Source of the DNA: Squalus acanthias | Lineage: Eukaryota | NCBI GenBank assembly: GCA_030390025.1 | Contig: CM059427.1 | Coordinates: forward strand, 186,744,001-186,808,000 | DNA: 64,000 bases | Direction: 5' to 3' | The notes under the pieces: model-generated | The model's input: the letters and a program-made list of their open reading frames with translations, nothing else | Databases searched by the model: none | Told to the model about the DNA's origin: nothing | Program-made: the position numbers and the translations under genes | Shown here: piece after piece, positions 1 to 12,336 of the stretch | How positions within the stretch are numbered: position 1 is the stretch's first letter | How the letters are laid out: each line of letters starts with the position of its first letter

Positions 1-6
1 GTTAAT

Positions 7-720
7 GGCCCGGATTTTGCTGCACTAATAAAGGTGAGGCTGTCAGTGCTCACCGTTATTACTGGTTAAACTTGACAGCAAACGCTGTGTCCACACATGC
101 GCAGTTAAAGGCGGAAATCCGGAAGTTGCTGTCAGTGATACCTTGCTCCTCCACAGGGTGCGCTGTTGCAGTCTTCGCCAATGGAATTTGGACAAAGATC
201 ACTGTCATGGTGTGAACTTAAGCTAATTAACCATTATTATTCCACTAACGACTGAGGAAAAACGTAAACCTTGTTCAATCAGGAGCAACTGAATTTTAAC
301 CGTGTAGTAAGTCATATTTACTGCTTGAAAAACCTGTCTGGCCCGGAAAAATTAATTTTAGAAGTCTGGAGTCTCTTTCCCTCAGAAGAAAATTAATGTT
401 GCAGATTTTTAAAAAGATAATAATTTTGTGTTTTTCTATTTAAGTTTCTCCTTTAATCCCATGTGTATGGCCCAATGTTTATTTTGCTTTCTGTACAATG
501 ATTTAAATGTAATTTATATTTCCTGCTTTTTACTTCCCGCTTTGCCGTCTATGAGGATTCTTCAATCTGATTGGTTGATCAGCCTCCCTGCTGCTTTCCC
601 TGTTCACAGACGCCACAGATCCCCTGTAGAGGGTTCCTTATTCAAACTGAAGCCGGAAATTAGGAAGTCTGCGCTCTCAAGACCACAAAAACTTTGTGGG
701 CAGCTGCCACATTTCATACA
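7..720. mobile_element. PIF/Harbinger-type non-autonomous element (left part)
   Basis: Begins GGCCCGGATTTTGC, the GGC(C/T)NGRAWTTT-like terminus shared by many elements in this window; right end uncertain. Confidence 0.45.
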
Positions 721-904
721 TTACAACAGTGACTATACTTTAAAACGTACTTCATTAGCTTTGAGACATGCTTAGGCCAAGAAAGGTGCTCAAGAAATGC
801 AAGTCTTTCTGTACACCACAGACTACACTAAGAACACACTGAATCATTGGATAGATACAATAATATTGACCCGGACTGTACGGTCAGCAGTGAAGGATTG
901 GCGC

Positions 905-1101
905 TCGCCGTTCACCTCAAACAGCTGCCCACAAAGAGAAGGCAGGCGGTCCTGTACCCCCCAACTGGCAGGAGGCCCTCGCCACAAGTCTGCCAGGCTA
1001 TGTGGAGGGAGGTGGCACACCACGTCACGGGCAGCACTGTGCTCCCCAGGACCTCCACACAGTGCAGGAGGAAGTTTAACGAGCTCACACGAGTAGTCAG
1101 G
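905..1101 (+). pseudogene. Myb/SANT-like (MSANTD/NAIF1-type) DNA-binding exon relic of a Harbinger transposon
   Basis: Translation RRQAVLYPPTGRRP...AMWREVAHHVTGSTVLPRTSTQCRRKFNELTRVVR, ending at donor AGG|GTGAGT; W..VA..V....R...QCRK(K)FN.L is the Myb/SANT signature of Harbinger accessory proteins. Confidence 0.7.
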
Positions 1102-1189
1102 GTGAGTGAAGGCTTCAACAAATGCTACATACCACCATCTGTACCACAAGCTTCAAACACTGCTCAATGCACCACACCCCCAGCACTCA

Positions 1190-1656
1190 CTGCTTGAATA
1201 TACTCAATGACTGAGCATCTACAGCCCTCTGGGATAGAGAATTCCAAAGATTCACTACCCTCTGAGTGAAGACATTTCTCCTCATCTCAGTTTGAGATGG
1301 CCGACCCCTTATTCTGAGACTGTGACCCCTGGTTCTAGACTCCCCAGCCAGGGGAAACATCCTCCCTGTAAGAATTTTGTATATTTCAATGAGATCACCT
1401 CTCATTCTTCTAAACTCCAGAGAATATAGGCCTAGTCTACTCAATCTCTTCCTCATCGGACAATCCCCCCTTCCCAGGAATCAGTCTGGTGAACCTTTAT
1501 TGTACTCCCTCTATGGCAAGTATATCCTTCCTTAGGTAAGGAGAGCAAAACTGTAAACAGTACTCCAGGTGTGGTCTCACCAAGGCCCTATATAATTGCA
1601 GTAAGATGTCTTTACTCTTATACTCGAATCCTTTTGTAATAAAGGCCAACATACCA
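1190..1656 (-). mobile_element. CR1 LINE ORF2 3' fragment
   Basis: RLGLYSLEFRRMRGDLIE...TRGHSL...FTQRVVNLWNSL, the CR1 RT C-terminus. Confidence 0.9.
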
Positions 1657-1659
1657 GCA

Positions 1660-2125
1660 AGACACTATCAGGTCCTCACGATGTCCAATAGCACTTCACA
1701 GCCAATACATTGCTTTTGAAGTGTAGTTACTGTTGTTATCAAGGAAAACTTAGCAATCAAATTGAACTAATGAAGATCCTGCAACAGCAAATGAGATGAA
1801 TGATCACTTAAATAACAACAGAAAAAGCTGGAAAAACTCAGCAGGCCAGGCAGCATCCGTGGAGAGAGAAAGAGAGTTAACGTTTCAGGTCGATGACCGA
1901 TGATCACTTAGTCTGTTTCTTGGTGCTGTTGGTTGACGGAGAAATTTTGGCCAGGACACTGGAAGAACTCTGTGAGCTTTGATCTTTGACATCCAACTGT
2001 TCAGGCAGACAGAGTCTCGGTTTAATACCCTATTCACCTCTGACAATGCAGCACTCCCTCAATATTGCACTGAAGTTTCAGCCTAGATTATGTGCTGATG
2101 TCCTGGAGTGGGCCTTGAACCCAAC
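1660..2125 (-). mobile_element. DeuSINE-type SINE (degenerate) containing a Penelope terminal fragment at ~1813-1898
   Basis: Reverse complement resembles the 12337 and 17793 SINE copies (gcagcactccctcaatattgcactgaag); the internal segment matches Penelope 3' ends elsewhere in the window. Confidence 0.6.
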
Positions 2126-2351
2126 AACCTTCAACAACAAGTGAATAAGTTGGACTGCAATATATCACCAAGTTTATATCCAGCGTTAACAGAGATATCA
2201 ATGATATCTTGTCACAATGTCTTTCATACTTAAAAAAAAAAACTATCTGTGCTAATGGTCCATTTTAAAACGGAGTTTTTTTTTTATTAGAATGCCTGAA
2301 ATTTATAAGGAAAGCTGAATGCATTTTAACAGGTGACCTCTGTATGAACAG

Positions 2352-2450
2352 GTTTGGGAAATCAAAGACAGAAACCTCTGCAACCAGGAGAAAATATAGA
2401 AGATGCATCTCAGCTTTACTCAAATGCTAATGAAATACAGCAAATCCAAG
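2352..2450 (+). CDS. Gene A cytoplasmic exon 1 (YxN motif): (G)LGNQRQKPLQPGENIEDASQLYSNANEIQQIQ
   Basis: Acceptor tgaacag|, donor CAAG|gtaata, 99 bp, phase 1-1, open frame, joins in frame to the next exon. Confidence 0.75.
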
Positions 2451-2879
2451 GTAATATTTAAATACTAATAACATAGTAGGAGTTTTACAAGTGCTCTGCT
2501 CCATTTGTTCATGGCTATTATGAATCCCCTTTGTAATTTTCAGTTACACTTAAAAGACACTCAAACACGGAAATGTTGTGTTTTTATTCTGTCACATCCA
2601 AAAACCTGTTGAAGCTCATTCATTGAAAGTATTTGGAACTCAAGACTGGGAATTAATCTGGAACCTTCTACACTGTAGTTCAATATTATTTTATGTCATG
2701 ATGTGATTTCAACTATTTGTCATATTTCATATAACTTTGCAGGGTTACGGGGAAAGGGCGGGGGAGTGGGACTCGCTGAAGTGCTCTTGCAGAGAGCTGG
2801 CACGGGCTCGACGGGCCGAATGGCCTCCTTCCATGCTGTAACCATTCTATGATTCTATGATTCTATATGCATGGCATTT

Positions 2880-3290
2880 TACAACAACAACTTGTATTTA
2901 TATAGCGCATGTAACATAGTAAAACATCCCAAGGCACTTCACAGGAGTCTTATCAAACAAAATTTGACACCGAGCCACATAAGGAGATATAGGGCAGAAA
3001 AAAGGTAGGTTTTAAGGAGCGTCTTGCAGGAGCAAAGGGAGGCAGAGAGGCGGAGAGGATTAGAGAGGGAATTGTAGAGCTTAGGGCCTTGGCAGCTGAA
3101 GGCACGGCCGCCAATGGTGGAGCGATTAAAATAGGGGATGCTCAAGAGTCCAGAATTGGAGGAGTGCAGAGATCCTGGAGGGTTGTAGGGCTGGAGGGGA
3201 TTACAGAGATAGGGAGGGGCGAGGCCATGGAGGGATTGAAAACAAGGAAGAGAATTGTAAAATCAAGGCATTACTTAACCAGGAGCCAAT
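2880..3290 (-). mobile_element. L2 LINE 3' end
   Basis: GGRAFS...PKLYNSL...KTLLKTYLF and (CAA)n tail; homologous to 14800-15850. Confidence 0.85.
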
Positions 3291-3771
3291 TTAGCCCATT
3301 TTAACATATTCTGATCTTCATTTGGAGACTTTCAAACCATTAACATTAATAAAACACATCACACAACAACAGCTTGTGCTCCTTTAAATCTCACTTATCG
3401 TGTTATAGTTTGCTGTGTCTCCCAATTCACAGTCTGATTAATAGTTGCATTTTGAGTCCTTAACACTTCCCCTCTAAAAGAGAGCTCACACATTTCCTCA
3501 GATATCACCCTACAACCATTAGATTCCTCCAACACACATCACAAATACTCCAGTGTTTCTAAAACCACTCGAGACAACTAGTGCCAAAGATTCAGAACGT
3601 CATGAACATCTTTTTTAGACATTAATGTTTCCTCTGAAGGACTGATCCCACTTTCCTGATCATTCGAATATAACTCATTAGCAATGGAGCAGTTTTTGTA
3701 TAAATGCCTGATACAGCTTTTTGAAAATCAGACCATGCTAACGTCTTAATTGGAAAAATATTTTTTCCCAG

Positions 3772-3849
3772 GAGATAATGAGATGCCGGTGCCTGAGACA
3801 AGTAGATTTTCTGAATATGCAACTGTCAGTAAAAAGACAAAAGAAGACG
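3772..3849 (+). CDS. Gene A cytoplasmic exon 2 (ITIM SEYATV): GDNEMPVPETSRFSEYATVSKKTKED
   Basis: Acceptor ttttttcccag|, donor GACG|gtaagg, 78 bp, phase 1-1, open frame. Confidence 0.8.
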
Positions 3850-4222
3850 GTAAGGAGATGAATCATATTATGTGGCTCTATCAGTGGAGGTATTGTTAAC
3901 ATAGAACGTGTCAGATTTCATTGAGTTAAACTGTTGGTTCTGGTTTAAAACTTTGGCTCGGAAGCTCTTCAGAGAGGCAATGATAAATTCTGAGATATTT
4001 TAACAATCTTTAGTAAAATAGATCTTTGTGATGCTGGTCCAATATAAAAAGCTTCAAGCACAATAGAGCAACCTATTTATTCAGTCAGTTTAGTCATTGT
4101 GTAGATCACAAGTTTGCAATAGGAATGGCTGTTTAGAAATAATATGAATCACTAAAACAAAGTAAACAAGTAGCAACAAGTGCGAATGTCAGGATCACGC
4201 TGGGCTTTGTGACTCCACATGA

Positions 4223-7200
4223 TCATAGAAACATAAAAACATAGAAAATAGGTGCAGGAGTAGACCATTCGGTCCTTCGAGCCTGCACCGCCATTCAATG
4301 CGTTCATGGCTGAACATGCTACCTCAGTACCCCATTCCTGCTTTCTCGCCATACCCCTTGATCCCCCTAGTTGTGAGTATTATATCTAACTCCCTTTTGA
4401 ATATATTTAGCGAACTGGCCTCAACAGCCTTCTGTGGTAGAGAATTCCACAGATTCACCACTCTCTGGGTGAAGAAGTTCCTCCTCATCTCAGTCTTAAA
4501 TGGCTTCCCCTTTATCCTTGGACTGTGACCCCTGGTTTTAGTTTTCCCTAACATTGGAAACATTCTGCCCGCATCTAATTTGTCTAAACCAGTCAGGATT
4601 TTAAACGTCTCTATAAGATCCCCCCTCATTCTTCTGAACTCCAGAGGATACAAGTTCAGTTGATCCAGTCTTTCTTGATATGTCAGTCTGGCCATCCCAG
4701 GAATCAATCTAGTGAACCTTCGTTGCACTCCCTCAATAGCAAGAATGTCCTTCCTCAAGTTAGGAGACCAAAACTGCACACAATACTCCAGGTGTGGCCT
4801 CACCAAGGCCCTGTACAACTGTAGCATCACCTCCCTACTCCTGTACTCAAATCCCCTTACTATGAAGGCCATCATGCCATTTGCTTTCTTGACTGCCTGC
4901 TGCACTTGCCTTCCCACCTTCAGTGACTGATGTACCATGACGCCCAGGTCTCGTTGCACCTCCCCTTTCCCTAATCTGCCACCATTCAGGTAATAGTCTG
5001 CCTCCCTATTTTTACCACCAAAGTGGATAACCTCATATTTATCCACATTGTACTTCATCTGCCATACATTTGCCCATTCACCTAACCTGTCCAAGTCACT
5101 CTGTAGCCTCCTAGCATCCTCCTCATTGTTCACACTGCCTCCCAATTTAGTGTCATCCGCAAATTTGGAGATATTACAATTAATCCCTTCGTCCAAATCA
5201 TTAATATATAATGTAAACAGCTGGGGCCCCAGCACCGAACCCTGCGGTACCCCGCTGGTCACTGCCTGCCATTCTGAAAAGTACCCATTTACTCCTACTC
5301 TTTGTTTCCTGTGTGCCAACCAGTTCTCAATCCATGTCAACACATTACCCCCAATCCCATGGGGGAAAAATTCAGCTGCTTGCGCCTCCCGTTAGCGCCT
5401 TAAGAGGGCGCTAATGGGGCGTAAAGCAGCTAACGCCCGGGCGCAGCGCCGCCCACGCCTCCCGAAAAATTTAGTGGGAGGTTAGCGGCGGCGGCAGCCG
5501 GTAGCGCCCTGTGGCGCTGCGCCGCCGGCGATGACGTCATCGCCGTGCGCAGCACCCCGCTCGCGCCCCGGCCGTGATCTTCAGTCGCGCCCCCTGATTT
5601 ACCGCCAGACGCTATGTCTGACGGGTTCAGGGAGGCGTACGTGCGGCCGGGGCGGCGATATTTAAAGCGGAGGTGGCAGGCGGCCATTTTTGTTGCTGGC
5701 CGCCTGCCAGCACCTGCCCCCGGCCCCCGTGAAGCCCCCCCACCGTGAAGTGCCGGCTGCGCTCCAAGAGCCCGGCACTTCTCTTGAGTGCCGGGCTCTT
5801 TTGCCGGCACTCCCGATCCCTGGGGGCCCAGCTGGGCCCCGGTTCGCGCTGCGCAGGGTCCCTCCCCTTTAAGAAGGGGAGGAAGGCCTGCAATACCGCG
5901 GCGCGACGTGCCACAGCGCGTGGCGCTGCGGCACGTAGCGCCAGGATATTCACTCGCAGCGCCCCAAGAGGGATGCGGGCTGCTTCCAGTTGCGCCCCGC
6001 TTCCCTCTTGGGGCGTAACCACTGAAGTTCCGGCGCGGGGCCGCTAATTTTTTCGGGGCGCTAAAAGTCACGCCCCGGCGAGGTTAGCGCCCCAAATGGG
6101 GCGCGACTCAATTTTTACCCCCATGTGTTTTAACTTTGCACACCAATCTCTTGTGTGGGACCTTGTCGAAGGCCTTCTGAAAGTCCAAATACACCACATC
6201 TACTGGTTCCCCCCCGTCCACCCTATTGGAAACATCCTCAAAAAATTCCAGAAGATTTGTCAAGCATGATTTCCCTATCACAAATCCATACTGACTTGGA
6301 CCTATCATGTCGCCACTTTCCAAATGGTCTGTTATGACATCTTTAATAATTGTTTCCATCATTTTACCCACCACCGATGTCAGGCTGACCGGTCTATAAT
6401 TCCCTGCTTTCTCCCTCCCTCCTTTTTTAAAAAGAGGGGTTACATTAGCCACCCTCCACTCCTTCGGAACTGATCCAGAGTCTAAGGAATGTTGGAAAAT
6501 GATCGTCAATGCATCCACTATTTCCAAGGCCACCTCCTTAAGTACTCTGGGATGCAGACCATCAGGCCCTGGGGATTTATCAGCCTTCAGTCCCATCAAT
6601 TTCCCCAACACCTTTTCCCGACTGATAAGGATTTCCCTCAGCTCCTCCTTCTTACCAGATCCTTTGATCTCTTTTATTTCCAGAAGGTTGTTTGTGTCCT
6701 CCACAGTAAACACCGAACCAAAGTACTTGTTCAATTGATCTGCCATTTCTTTGTTCCCCATTATGACTTCCCCTGTTTCTGACTGCAGGGGACCTACGTT
6801 TGTTTTTACTAACCTCTTTCTTTTTACATATTTATAGAAGATTTTGCAGTCCGTTTTAATGTTCTCCGCAAGCTTCCTTTCATATTTTATTTTCCCTGCC
6901 CTAATCAAACCCTTCGTCCTCCTCTGCTGAGTTTTAAAGTTCTCCCAGTCCCCGGGTTTGCTGCTACTTCTGGCCAATTTGTATGCCACTTCCTTGCTTT
7001 TAATACTATCCTTGATTTCCCTTGTTAGCCATGGTTGAGCCACCTTCCCTTTTTTATTTTTACGCCAGACAGGGATGTACAATTGCTGTAGTTCATCCAT
7101 GCGATCTCTAAATGTCTGCCATTGCCCTTCCACTGATAACCCCTTAAATATCGCTTGCCAATCTAACCTCGCCAATTCACGCCTCATACCCTCAAAGTTG

Positions 7201-7730
7201 CCCTTATTTAAGTTCTGGACCATGGTCTCTGAATTAACTGTTTCCTTCTCCATCCTAATGTAGAACTCCACCATACTATGGTCACTCTTCCCCAAGGGGC
7301 CTCACACCACAAGATTGCTGATTAGTCCTTCCTCATTACACAACACCCAGTCCAGGATGGCCTCCCCTCTAGTTGGTTCCTCAACATATTGGTTTAGGAA
7401 ACCATCCCTTAAACACTCCAGGAAATTCTCCTCCACCGTATTGCTTCCAGTTTGAGTAGCCCAATCTATATGCATATTAAAGTCACCCATGATAACTGCT
7501 GCGCCTTTTTTGCATGCACCTCTGATTTCCTGTTTCATACCCTCCGCCACCTCACTACTACTGTTTGGAGGTCTGTACACAACCCCCACTAACGTTTTCT
7601 GCCCTTTGGTGTTCTGCAGCTCAACCCATATTGATTCCACATCCTCCAAGCTAATGTCCTTCCTAGCTATTGCATTAATCTCCTTTTTAACCAGCAATGC
7701 TACCCCACCCCCTTTTCCTTTTATTCTATC
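4223..7730 (-). mobile_element. Young 5'-truncated CR1 LINE (APE endonuclease + RT), split by a MITE
   Basis: ORFs 7302-7697 (GVVYRPP, MGDFN), 6108-7295 and 4324-5343 ([17 protein letters not shown]); (CATAGAAA)n tail at 4223. Confidence 0.95.
5361..6122. mobile_element. GC-rich ~760 bp MITE (PIF/Harbinger-like) inserted in CR1 ORF2
   Basis: TIRs GGGGGAAAAATTCA / TCAATTTTTACCCCC; 3-bp TSD (CAT or ATG), confirmed against the uninterrupted CR1 sequence at ~50470-50500. Confidence 0.85.
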
Positions 7731-7974
7731 ATATAGCTTCCCAACACTTCATATCCAGGCTCACAGATGAAGATACAATATTTGAGTTAGTTACTGGAGG
7801 ACTGTCAGTACTTGTGGAACCAAAACCTCGTGAGAGTCAGGAGAGGTGGGAGAAAAGAGAATAAAGAGTAAGGTTGGAAAAGATATAATGATCAGCGAGC
7901 TATGTTTTTAATTTACATTATTTAATAAATCTGCACCAATAGATGTACGATGTTGATGCTCCAATTTATGAGTC

Positions 7975-8320
7975 AACTTGGCAGCACTGTCACTTTGGAG
8001 ACAGAAAGTTGTGGGTTCAAGCCCCATTACAGACTTTGAGCGTGTACTCTAGACTGACACTTCAGGGGGAGGATTGCATTTTTGAAAGTGCTGTTTTTCA
8101 GTTGAGAACTGTTTAGGTGCATGTTAAAGATACCATCGTATCATTTGAAGGAGAGCAGGAAGTTGTCCTGACAAAAATTCTTCCCTCAACCAACAGCACC
8201 ACAAGAGATTAACTGGTTGTTATCTCATTTCCTGCTTTTGGGACCTTGAATAGTGTTTGTTTACCTGACAACAATACTTCAACTTTAAAGGTAATTCATT
8301 ACTTGCTTTGGGATATTTTA
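7975..8320 (+). mobile_element. Degenerate DeuSINE-type SINE
   Basis: Similarity to the 12337-12800 copy (gttgtgggttcaagcccca, gaagagcaggga). Confidence 0.55.
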
Positions 8321-8329
8321 AGGCACTAA

Positions 8330-8890
8330 GGCCTAGAAATTCAGGAGTTTAGTGCTGGTTGTTATGGCTGGTTTTGTGGAATAAATGCCATCTGCCCACT
8401 TCCGGCATGGCCGCGCCAGACGCCATATTGGTGAGGACAAAACAAAGGTGTTGTTTAGTTTCATCTGAAGCAGGTGTTAGGCCATTAACATATTCAAATA
8501 AGGGGCCTAACGCCTGCTTCTGCTCCCTCTTGCAAATTTGGCTTGTGTCTGAGGCAGCCACCACCAGTGATGTTTACTCCCGGTAAAACAAACGTTAAAC
8601 AGTGCCGAATGGAAAAAAGGTAAGTACTTACATTAGCATCTCTGACCTCACTCTCGACTCCAACCTCCAGGCCCTCTCCAATCTCCCCCCCCCGATGCTG
8701 GCCCCGACCTCCAGGTCCCCCCCCCGCCGATGCTGGCCCCGAGTCCCGACCCACCTCACAGTCCTTGCTGGGCTGAATAATGATAATGAACGGGCAGCAC
8801 CAAAATACCGGTGTTGCCTGTGCTCTTTTTGCGGCCGGCCATTAACCTCGGCCCACGGTGGCACCGGCAGCTTTCCGACCTACTGGGCCT
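8330..8890. mobile_element. Harbinger-type non-autonomous element
   Basis: GGCCTAGAAATTC start; internal sequence nearly identical to 37677-38271 (gaagcaggtgttaggc...aacatattcaaa...gggcctaacgcctgcttctgctccc). Confidence 0.7.
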
Positions 8891-8935
8891 AAATATATAG
8901 ATGCAAACTCTTTATTTCCATCTTATTCTCTGCAG

Positions 8936-8992
8936 ACACAGAAAGAGAAGATATTCATTACGGATCTATCGTTTTTCAGAAAAAAGCACCAG
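8936..8992 (+). CDS. Gene A cytoplasmic exon 3 (ITIM-like IHYGSI): DTEREDIHYGSIVFQKKAP
   Basis: Acceptor tcttattctctgcag|, donor CCAG|gtagtg, 57 bp, phase 1-1. Confidence 0.8.
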
Positions 8993-11175
8993 GTAGTGAA
9001 AACTAACATTTTTCTTTTTTTTTCATTGTTGTGTTCATCCAGGTGAGGAATGTTAGTGCTGGGTAAAAAAACTCATTATATTTAGGCACCTAATGTCAGC
9101 ATCAGGCACTCCTCGGGTAAAGCTCCTCATACTCTGCCCTGTCAAAATGCCCCATCGCCAACCTCAGAAGGGCACCAGTGGGCCATTTTTCCATTTGCCA
9201 CACACACACATCTTGTGCCCTCTCTGAGTGAAATTGCCAATAATGTTGAATTAAGAAAGTATTGTGCTGCAGGTCTGTTCCTAGTAGGAACTGCTCTGAG
9301 ACTGTAGAACTAGAAACAACAAATATTAACGTACCTCAACAGTAAGACACAGTATTGTGGTGACTACGGTACAGGACTAAAAACCGGAAAGTCAGGATTT
9401 CCAACCCTACCGTGGTATGCAGTGAAACCGAATCTTTTAAACCTCATAATTTGTGGCCAGCACCAGGGAACTCTAGATAATTGGGTTTACTAATGTCCTT
9501 CAGGGAAATGCACTTGTCTTGTCGCTTAAGTTGGACTCTAAACCACACTTGCTCTCTGAAGTATACAACTGCTTCAAGAAGAATGTCCACGGCCGCCTTA
9601 GGGCAACTGGGGATGGGCATTAAATGTGATTCTGATCAGGGTCAGCCACATCCTGAGAATAAACATATAAAATGGTGTAGGATGGCGAAGGGCCCTTTTA
9701 GATCAGTGCATTCTCCTGCACAGACAATAAAGCACGGTAACTGTTGGCGACATTGTATACTTTATTAATAGAATCGGTAGTGTCTTTCCAATTGGAATTT
9801 TTTCCAGAAAAAAAGGTGACTTGATAGACAACCTCTGTATTTATAACTAATTTTGAACAAAAGGTTGACGTTATTGGCAATATGGAACCATAGTAAGTGG
9901 AAATCATCTGACATTCTTGAATGATGTCACACCAAATATTGCACATGTGGCGTAGAACTTGATTCAGCCTTCTGAGGGCCAGCTCGGCTTAGGGGTCGCC
10001 CTCTCACCTCTGAGAAAGAAGGTCATGGGTTCACGCCTTGCTTGCTGCAATCTATGCAGAGGGACTGTTGCATTGTTGGAGGCCTAGAACAATGACTAAA
10101 CTATAAAAGTGTTTCATTTGCTTTGGGATGTCCTGAGGATGTGAAAGGCACGATGAAAAATTCTTCCCAAGTTGATATAAGTAAAGCTGATTTTCCTATC
10201 AGAAGCTAGAAAACACTTATTCCCTGGGCCTTAATGATAGGAAAAAGGGGTGGTGATCTGTGACATGGGACCTCCATCCCTTTTATGTTGCCTGCATGCT
10301 TCAATGGAGATACGATTGGAGGAGCAGTTCCCACTTCCTCCAGCCTCACTTTCCTGTGGTTTCATCTGAAGAGCACCCACTTCCAACAGCACCTCAATGA
10401 GCTCGCAGTGGGTCATGCAATCTCCCAACCATCATGGAAGCCTGAACTAAGCCTTGTGACTGATGGTCAACAGCCAGAACGCCCTGAGACCGGTGGCCCA
10501 TCCCACGGTTGCAGGTCCTCTCAGGCCTGCAGATGTGGTTTGTATTCTGTCCGTTTCCCAGGGGACGGCTCTTCTAGGAAGTGGGCCTGCAACAGTAGTT
10601 CAATCAGACCATGCTAATGACCTGACCAACCAGATTAAGACAATCTGAGGCCTGGACAGGCAGATCCCTCTTTGAGTCTGCTCCACCTGTGCAGCACCCG
10701 GGCAAGGAGGGACCAGGAGAATCAAGCACGACATCTAATATAGCATAAATTGTAAATGGGGTTTTATTAAAGATTATTGGGAAAAGGCAGGGAAATGGGA
10801 TTAGAATAGGGGGCTGCAGTTGAACAGCTAGCACCAACCTAGCTACAATGGGCCAAATGGCCTCTTGCTGTGCTGTAATTTCTTTGCTTTCTAACACTGC
10901 AGCAGCAATGAAACTCTCAAACTCTGCAGAGTTGTGTAAGGAGCTTTGTTCATTTATGACCATCCTGTGGCTCACTGTGTAAATGCAGTGCTTAGTGTGG
11001 ATCTGAGTCATACAGAGGCCAACTGGGTTCACCGTCAATCAATGTCTTGCTGATCCATTGGCTGTACCAGTGAAATGCAGTAAATTGCGGACATTTGTAT
11101 GCCAATTGTCAGGTTTTTTTGTCAGTCCGATCCATTAAAGTTATCCTTTAATTGTGATGTTTGCAATTATCACAG

Positions 11176-11219
11176 GGTCCAGACATGGTACGCAGTGCAA
11201 TAAGCAATCTTCAGATACT
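11176..11219 (+). CDS. Gene A cytoplasmic exon 4: GSRHGTQCNKQSSDT
   Basis: Acceptor ttatcacag|, donor ACT|gtaagt, 44 bp, phase 1-0; bridges the phases of the flanking exons exactly. Confidence 0.75.
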
Positions 11220-11359
11220 GTAAGTATATCGATTCCTATTGGTGAAATCACACAACCTACAATATTAATATCTGCAACAAATTTGTAAAGTTGTTATCTG
11301 ATGTAAAGAGATGCAATAATAGATCACATTATTATAAATGGTTAATTTCTCTCTTGCAG

Positions 11360-11431
11360 AACCTGGCTCCTTCAAAGGAAGATGATTCATCTGTCATCTA
11401 TGCACAAATAGCGCAATCAAAATATAAATGA
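11360..11431 (+). CDS. Gene A terminal exon (ITIM VIYAQI): NLAPSKEDDSSVIYAQIAQSKYK*
   Basis: Acceptor tttctctcttgcag|, phase 0, TGA at 11429-11431, followed by an AT-rich 3' UTR. Confidence 0.82.
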   Translation, partial: NLAPSKEDDSSVIYAQIAQSKYK

Positions 11432-11702
11432 TCTGCACAGGACAGAGAGGAAGAGCTTGGAGTTCAATATGTGGAATATAACATTTTTGGGAACTGATAT
11501 TTTTACCTGAGAACAGATATGTAGCTTTCTTCCTATGTATCTGCTCTGATTTAACACAATCATTGCGTCACGCTTTTCAAACATGAACATAACTTACGAA
11601 TGATAACTTGCAATAGAAATGGTTCTCTTAACATAGTTTCAACAATCCTTTCACAGCTTCTGCTGATGCTATGTAAAAAAAAAAAGCAGCTACGTTATGA
11701 AA

Positions 11703-11708
11703 AATAAA
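11703..11708 (+). terminator. Candidate polyadenylation signal of gene A
   Basis: AATAAA about 270 bp after the stop codon. Confidence 0.5.
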
Positions 11709-11776
11709 TTGAATGTTACACGTAATTTTGTTGCTCATTCAATTAATCTCTCAGACGTGTAATAACCAATAATGAT

Positions 11777-12190
11777 GTGGTAGCATAGTGGTTATGTTAC
11801 TGGACTGGTCATCCACCACGGCAGCTGGGGAATTTAAATTCAGTGAATTAAATAAATCTGGAATAAAAAGCTAGTGTTAGTAATGGTGACCATGAACCTA
11901 CCGGATTGTTGTAAAACCCCATCTGGTTCACTAATGTCCTTTCGGGAAGGAAATCTGCCGTCCTTACCCGGTCTGGCCTACATGTGACTCCAGACCCACA
12001 GCAATGTGGTTGACTCTTAACTGCCCTCTGAAATGGCCGAGCAAGACACTCAGTTGTACCAAACTGCTACAAAGAAGAACTGCAGCGGTTCAAGAAGGTG
12101 GCTCACCACCACCTTCTCGGGGGCAATTAGGGATGGGCAATAAATGCTGGCCTTGCCAGCGATGCCCACATCCCATGAACGAATAAAAAG
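11777..12190 (+). mobile_element. tRNA-headed short element sharing both 5' and 3' ends with the LINE at 28455-31637
   Basis: Head (A-box-like tagtggtt; gcagctggggaatttaaattcag...gccctctgaaatggcc) and tail (ggttcaagaagg...gcccacatcccatgaa) both match that LINE. Confidence 0.8.
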
Positions 12191-12336
12191 AAAAATTATG
12201 AATCAACGATGTAACGCATCGCTTAAGCTTGAGTTTTTCTGTCACCGCCTGGGTCAATGTGGGTAAATTCACCCCTTAATAGCCACCAGCATTTAATTAA
12301 TTCACTCAGTGATGCACCGACTGCTCTTGTTATCCT

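Noticed and set aside
2333-2351. Upstream alternative acceptor for gene A cytoplasmic exon 1
   Set aside because: Introduces an in-frame TGA.
5430-6071. Overlapping 60-213 aa ORFs
   Set aside because: GC-rich MITE interior with few stop codons and no recognisable domain.
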